Source of the DNA: Escherichia coli
Lineage (GTDB): Bacteria; Pseudomonadota; Gammaproteobacteria; Enterobacterales; Enterobacteriaceae
Length of the DNA: 64,000 nucleotides
Assembly (NCBI RefSeq): GCF_050920415.1
Contig: NZ_CP169309.1
Strand: one strand, 5' to 3'
The translations under genes were made by a program, and so were the position numbers. Positions 60,982 to 64,000 of the stretch are shown one piece after another. The notes under the pieces were generated by a model. That model was not told the DNA's origin. It searched no databases and saw only the letters and a program-made list of their open reading frames with translations. Positions within the stretch are counted from its first letter, which is position 1, and the number at the start of each line of letters is the position of its first letter.

Positions 60982-61743
60982 TCAGGCTGTTTCATCACCG
61001 GGCTCGGTGCCGCCGAAACGACGCTCTCGATTAGCAAAGGCATTTAACGCCCCTTCAAAGTCTTGTTCATCGAAATCGGGCCAGAGAACATCTGTAAAGT
61101 AAAGTTCGGCATAGGCAATTTGCCAAAGCAAAAAGTTACTAATGCGATGCTCCCCCCCAGTCCTAATTACTAAATCTACAGGGGCCAGTTCATGCATACA
61201 GACATGCTGGTTTAGCATCTCTTCATCTATCTGATCTGGTTGCAGGTTTCCTTGCTGCACCTTTTCAGCCAGTTGCCTGACTCCCTGGACTATATCCCAA
61301 CGTCCACCGTAGTTCGCCGCAATATTCAGCGTTAGACCGGTATTTCCGGCTGTTAGCGCTTCCGATTTACGAATACGTTCTTGCAAACGCGAGTTAAAGC
61401 GACTGGTATCGCCAATAATACGCAGACGTACGTTATGTCGGTGCAGGCTTTTTACTTCGCTATCGAGCGCCCAAACAAACAGTTCCATTAACGCACTGAC
61501 TTCCTGCGCTGGTCGGTTCCAGTTTTCACTACTAAAGGCATACAGCGTTAACGCCTCAATACCGTTGTTGGCCGCAAAAGAGACAGCCCGGCGGACGGAT
61601 TTTGCCCCGGCTTTATGCCCAAAGGCACGAATCTTCCCTTGCTTTTTTGCCCAGCGACCATTGCCGTCCATAATGATCGCAACATGACGACAGCCATGTA
61701 CTGGCAATTTTTCGCTAAGTGGTTGAGTAGCAGACAACATCAC
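60982..61743 (-). CDS. uppS: Undecaprenyl-diphosphate synthase
   Basis: 253 aa; motif HVAIIMDGNGRWA; recognised UppS/IspU. Confidence 0.96.
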   Translation of the reverse strand: MMLSATQPLSEKLPVHGCRHVAIIMDGNGRWAKKQGKIRAFGHKAGAKSVRRAVSFAANNGIEALTLYAFSSENWNRPAQEVSALMELFVWALDSEVKSLHRHNVRLRIIGDTSRFNSRLQERIRKSEALTAGNTGLTLNIAANYGGRWDIVQGVRQLAEKVQQGNLQPDQIDEEMLNQHVCMHELAPVDLVIRTGGEHRISNFLLWQIAYAELYFTDVLWPDFDEQDFEGALNAFANRERRFGGTEPGDETA

Positions 61744-61796
61744 GCGTTTCTTATTCCCTGACAGGGTTTACGGTACTCAGGAATACTGAAGCCTAT

Positions 61797-61828
61797 ACAA
61801 AAAAAAGCCGTGTAAAACCACGGCATAC
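61797..61828 (-). terminator. Rho-independent terminator downstream of dxr
   Basis: Minus strand GCCGTGGTTTTACACGGCTTTTTTTT: hairpin plus T-run in the dxr-uppS spacer. Confidence 0.75.
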
Positions 61829-61928
61829 CTGACCTTATAAAGCCAACTACTTATGGTCAGATGGCGCAGACTATATCACTGAAGCCCTACGCTAACAAAT
61901 AGCACGACTCTCTGTAGCCGGATTATCC

Positions 61929-63125
61929 TCAGCTTGCGAGACGCGTCACCTCTTTTCTGGCGACTTCACGCGCGTTCGTATCAACAGATAACACATCGTC
62001 CACGCATTGTGGTTCGCGCATATCCATTTTTTCCAGTACGGATAAATTCAACGCGGCGATATCCGTAAAGCGGATTTGTTGCGCAAGAAAGGCTGCAACG
62101 GTGATTTCGTTTGCGGCATTCAATGCAGTCGTCGCAGCCTGGCCTTGTTCGAACGCGTCCATTGCCAGTTTAAGGCATGGATAGCGATCATAATCCGGTG
62201 CGGCAAATGTCAACGCACTGAGTTTGCAAAAATCGAGCGGCTTCACACCAGAGTTCACGCGATTCGGCCAGGCCATGGTGTGGGCAATTGGCGTACGCAT
62301 ATCCGGTTCACCCAACTGCGCCAGAACGCTGCCGTCCTGGTAGCGCACCATTGAGTGAATCACTGACTGCGGGTGAATCAGCACTTCCATCTGGCTGGCA
62401 CTGGCGTTAAACAACCAACGCGCTTCAATGTATTCCAGACCTTTGTTCATCATGGTAGCCGAATCGACAGAAATTTTACGCCCCATCGACCAGTTCGGAT
62501 GACGGCAGGCTTGATCCGGCGTCATTATTGCCAAATCGCGCAATGGCGTCTCACGGAAAGGGCCACCAGACCCGGTAAGTAAAATGGACACCACGCCATT
62601 TTGCTCAAGGTCAGCGTATCCCAGATTATGCTGGATAGGTTGCGGTAAACTCTGAAAAATGGCGTTATGTTCGCTATCGACCGGTAACAATTGCGCTTTG
62701 CTCTGCTTTACGGCGTCCATAAACAGACGTCCGCAGGTAACCAGTGATTCTTTATTGGCCAGCAAAATGGTTTTACCCGCGCGGATCGCAGCAAGCGTAG
62801 GTAACAGCCCAGCAGCGCCAACAATGGCTGCCATCACCTGATCAACATCCTCAAGCGCTGCCATATCGCAAGCGGCTTGTTGCCCACTTAAGACTTCGGT
62901 GCGGCTACCCTGTTGCTGTAGCATCGTTTTAAGAAGTTTCGCACTCGCTTCATCGTCCATTACGGCATAGCGGGGAGAGAATTCCAGGCACTGCTCTACC
63001 ATGCGAGTGACATTTTTGCCTGCCACCAGCGCAACTACGCGGAAGTGTTCGGGATTATGGCGCACCACGTCCAGCGTGCTGCAACCAATCGAGCCGGTCG
63101 AGCCCAGAATGGTGAGTTGCTTCAT
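61929..63125 (-). CDS. dxr: 1-deoxy-D-xylulose 5-phosphate reductoisomerase
   Basis: 398 aa; N-terminal NADPH-binding motif ILGSTGSIG; recognised Dxr/IspC. Confidence 0.96.
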   Translation of the reverse strand: MKQLTILGSTGSIGCSTLDVVRHNPEHFRVVALVAGKNVTRMVEQCLEFSPRYAVMDDEASAKLLKTMLQQQGSRTEVLSGQQAACDMAALEDVDQVMAAIVGAAGLLPTLAAIRAGKTILLANKESLVTCGRLFMDAVKQSKAQLLPVDSEHNAIFQSLPQPIQHNLGYADLEQNGVVSILLTGSGGPFRETPLRDLAIMTPDQACRHPNWSMGRKISVDSATMMNKGLEYIEARWLFNASASQMEVLIHPQSVIHSMVRYQDGSVLAQLGEPDMRTPIAHTMAWPNRVNSGVKPLDFCKLSALTFAAPDYDRYPCLKLAMDAFEQGQAATTALNAANEITVAAFLAQQIRFTDIAALNLSVLEKMDMREPQCVDDVLSVDTNAREVARKEVTRLAS

Positions 63126-63155
63126 GAAACATCCAGAGTTGAGACAGAGTAAAAA

Positions 63156-63205
63156 GCAAAACGCCGCCAGCCGATCCGCAAGGATCTACTGAGCGGCGTT
63201 TTTTG
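63156..63205 (-). terminator. Putative terminator downstream of frr
   Basis: Inverted repeat AACGCCGC...GCGGCGTT with flanking T-runs on both strands, in the 92-bp frr-dxr spacer. Confidence 0.55.
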
Positions 63206-63217
63206 TCGTTCAAGAAA

Positions 63218-63775
63218 TCAGAACTGCATCAGTTCTGCTTCTTTGTCTGCCAGCGCCGCTTCAATTTTCTTGATTGCAGCATCAGTCAGTTTCTGTACAT
63301 CGTCCTGAGAACGGCGATCGTCGTCTTCGCTGATCTCTTTATCTTTCAACAGTGCTTTCACTTTGTCGTTCGCGTCACGACGCACGTTGCGTACTGCAAC
63401 ACGCGCTTGCTCTGCTTCACCACGAACGATTTTGGTCAGATCTTTACGACGTTCTTCCGTCAGCGGCGGCAGCGGAACACGGATGTCGCTACCCGCAGAG
63501 TTCGGGTTCAGGCCAAGATCGGACGCCATAATCGCTTTTTCAACGGCCGGAGACATTGAACGATCAAACACGTTGATTTTCAGAGTACGGGAATCTTCTA
63601 CCGTTACGCTTGCCAGCTGACGCAGCGGCGTCGGCGTGCCGTAATATTCCACGACAATGCCATCCAGCAGGCTGGGAGAAGCACGACCCGTGCGTATTTT
63701 GCTGATTTGGGTTTTGAACGCTTCTACGCATTTGTCCATGCGTACTTCAGCATCTTTTCTGATATCGCTAATCAC
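63218..63775 (-). CDS. frr: Ribosome recycling factor
   Basis: 185 aa; recognised Frr sequence ([21 protein letters not shown]...). Confidence 0.97.
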
Positions 63776-64000
63776 GTTACGAATCCTTGAAAACTTGTCT
63801 CAGTCAGACCAGACAGTCACACACAGTGGAAGTGTGCTAAGTATAGCCCTGATTAAACATATTACGGGTAATCGTCTGGATTATTAGGCTATTTTATTTG
63901 CCATTTTGGCCCCGGGCAGTGCTCGCCATCCTCACGTACTTGTGTACGCTCCGGTTGCTGCGCGCTGGCCGTGACCAAACTGCCTGCAACAATAACGCCT

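Overview
This 64-kb window looks like an Escherichia coli-type chromosome: a horizontally acquired type VI secretion system (T6SS) operon on the left, and about 45 kb of conserved core genome on the right. I did not find a convincing previously undescribed system; the only accessory DNA is a canonical T6SS core operon and its junction. All calls rest on reading the supplied ORF translations and sequence by eye and on recalled family signatures; no searches or computations were run. Bases 1-18136 carry 14 collinear plus-strand T6SS genes: tssC (5' end outside the window), tssE, tssF, tssG, tagH/fha, tssJ, tssK, tssL, clpV/tssH, vasI, tssA, tssM, a vasL-like gene and hcp. The order matches the Vibrio cholerae vas cluster but without a vasH regulator, and no vgrG, PAAR or effector/immunity genes lie in the window. 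The operon ends at a 340-bp AT-rich spacer next to the low-GC lipoprotein gene yafT and tRNA-Asp (aspV). From about 18.4 kb to the end, gene order matches my recollection of the E. coli K-12 aspV-to-frr region in inverted orientation, with no insertions that I can see: dnaQ, rnhA, yafS, gloB, mltD, yafE, yafD, yafC, dkgB, aspU, the complete rrnH operon (5S, 23S, tRNA-Ala, tRNA-Ile, 16S), gmhB, metNIQ, rcsF, trmO, proS, yaeF, nlpE, arfB, yaeQ, yaeP, rof, tilS, yaeR, ldcC, accA, dnaE, rnhB, lpxB, lpxA, fabZ, lpxD, skp, bamA, rseP, cdsA, uppS, dxr and frr. No CRISPR array, IS element, integrase or prophage gene was recognised. The most interesting points are the island architecture and its junction, not any single novel gene.
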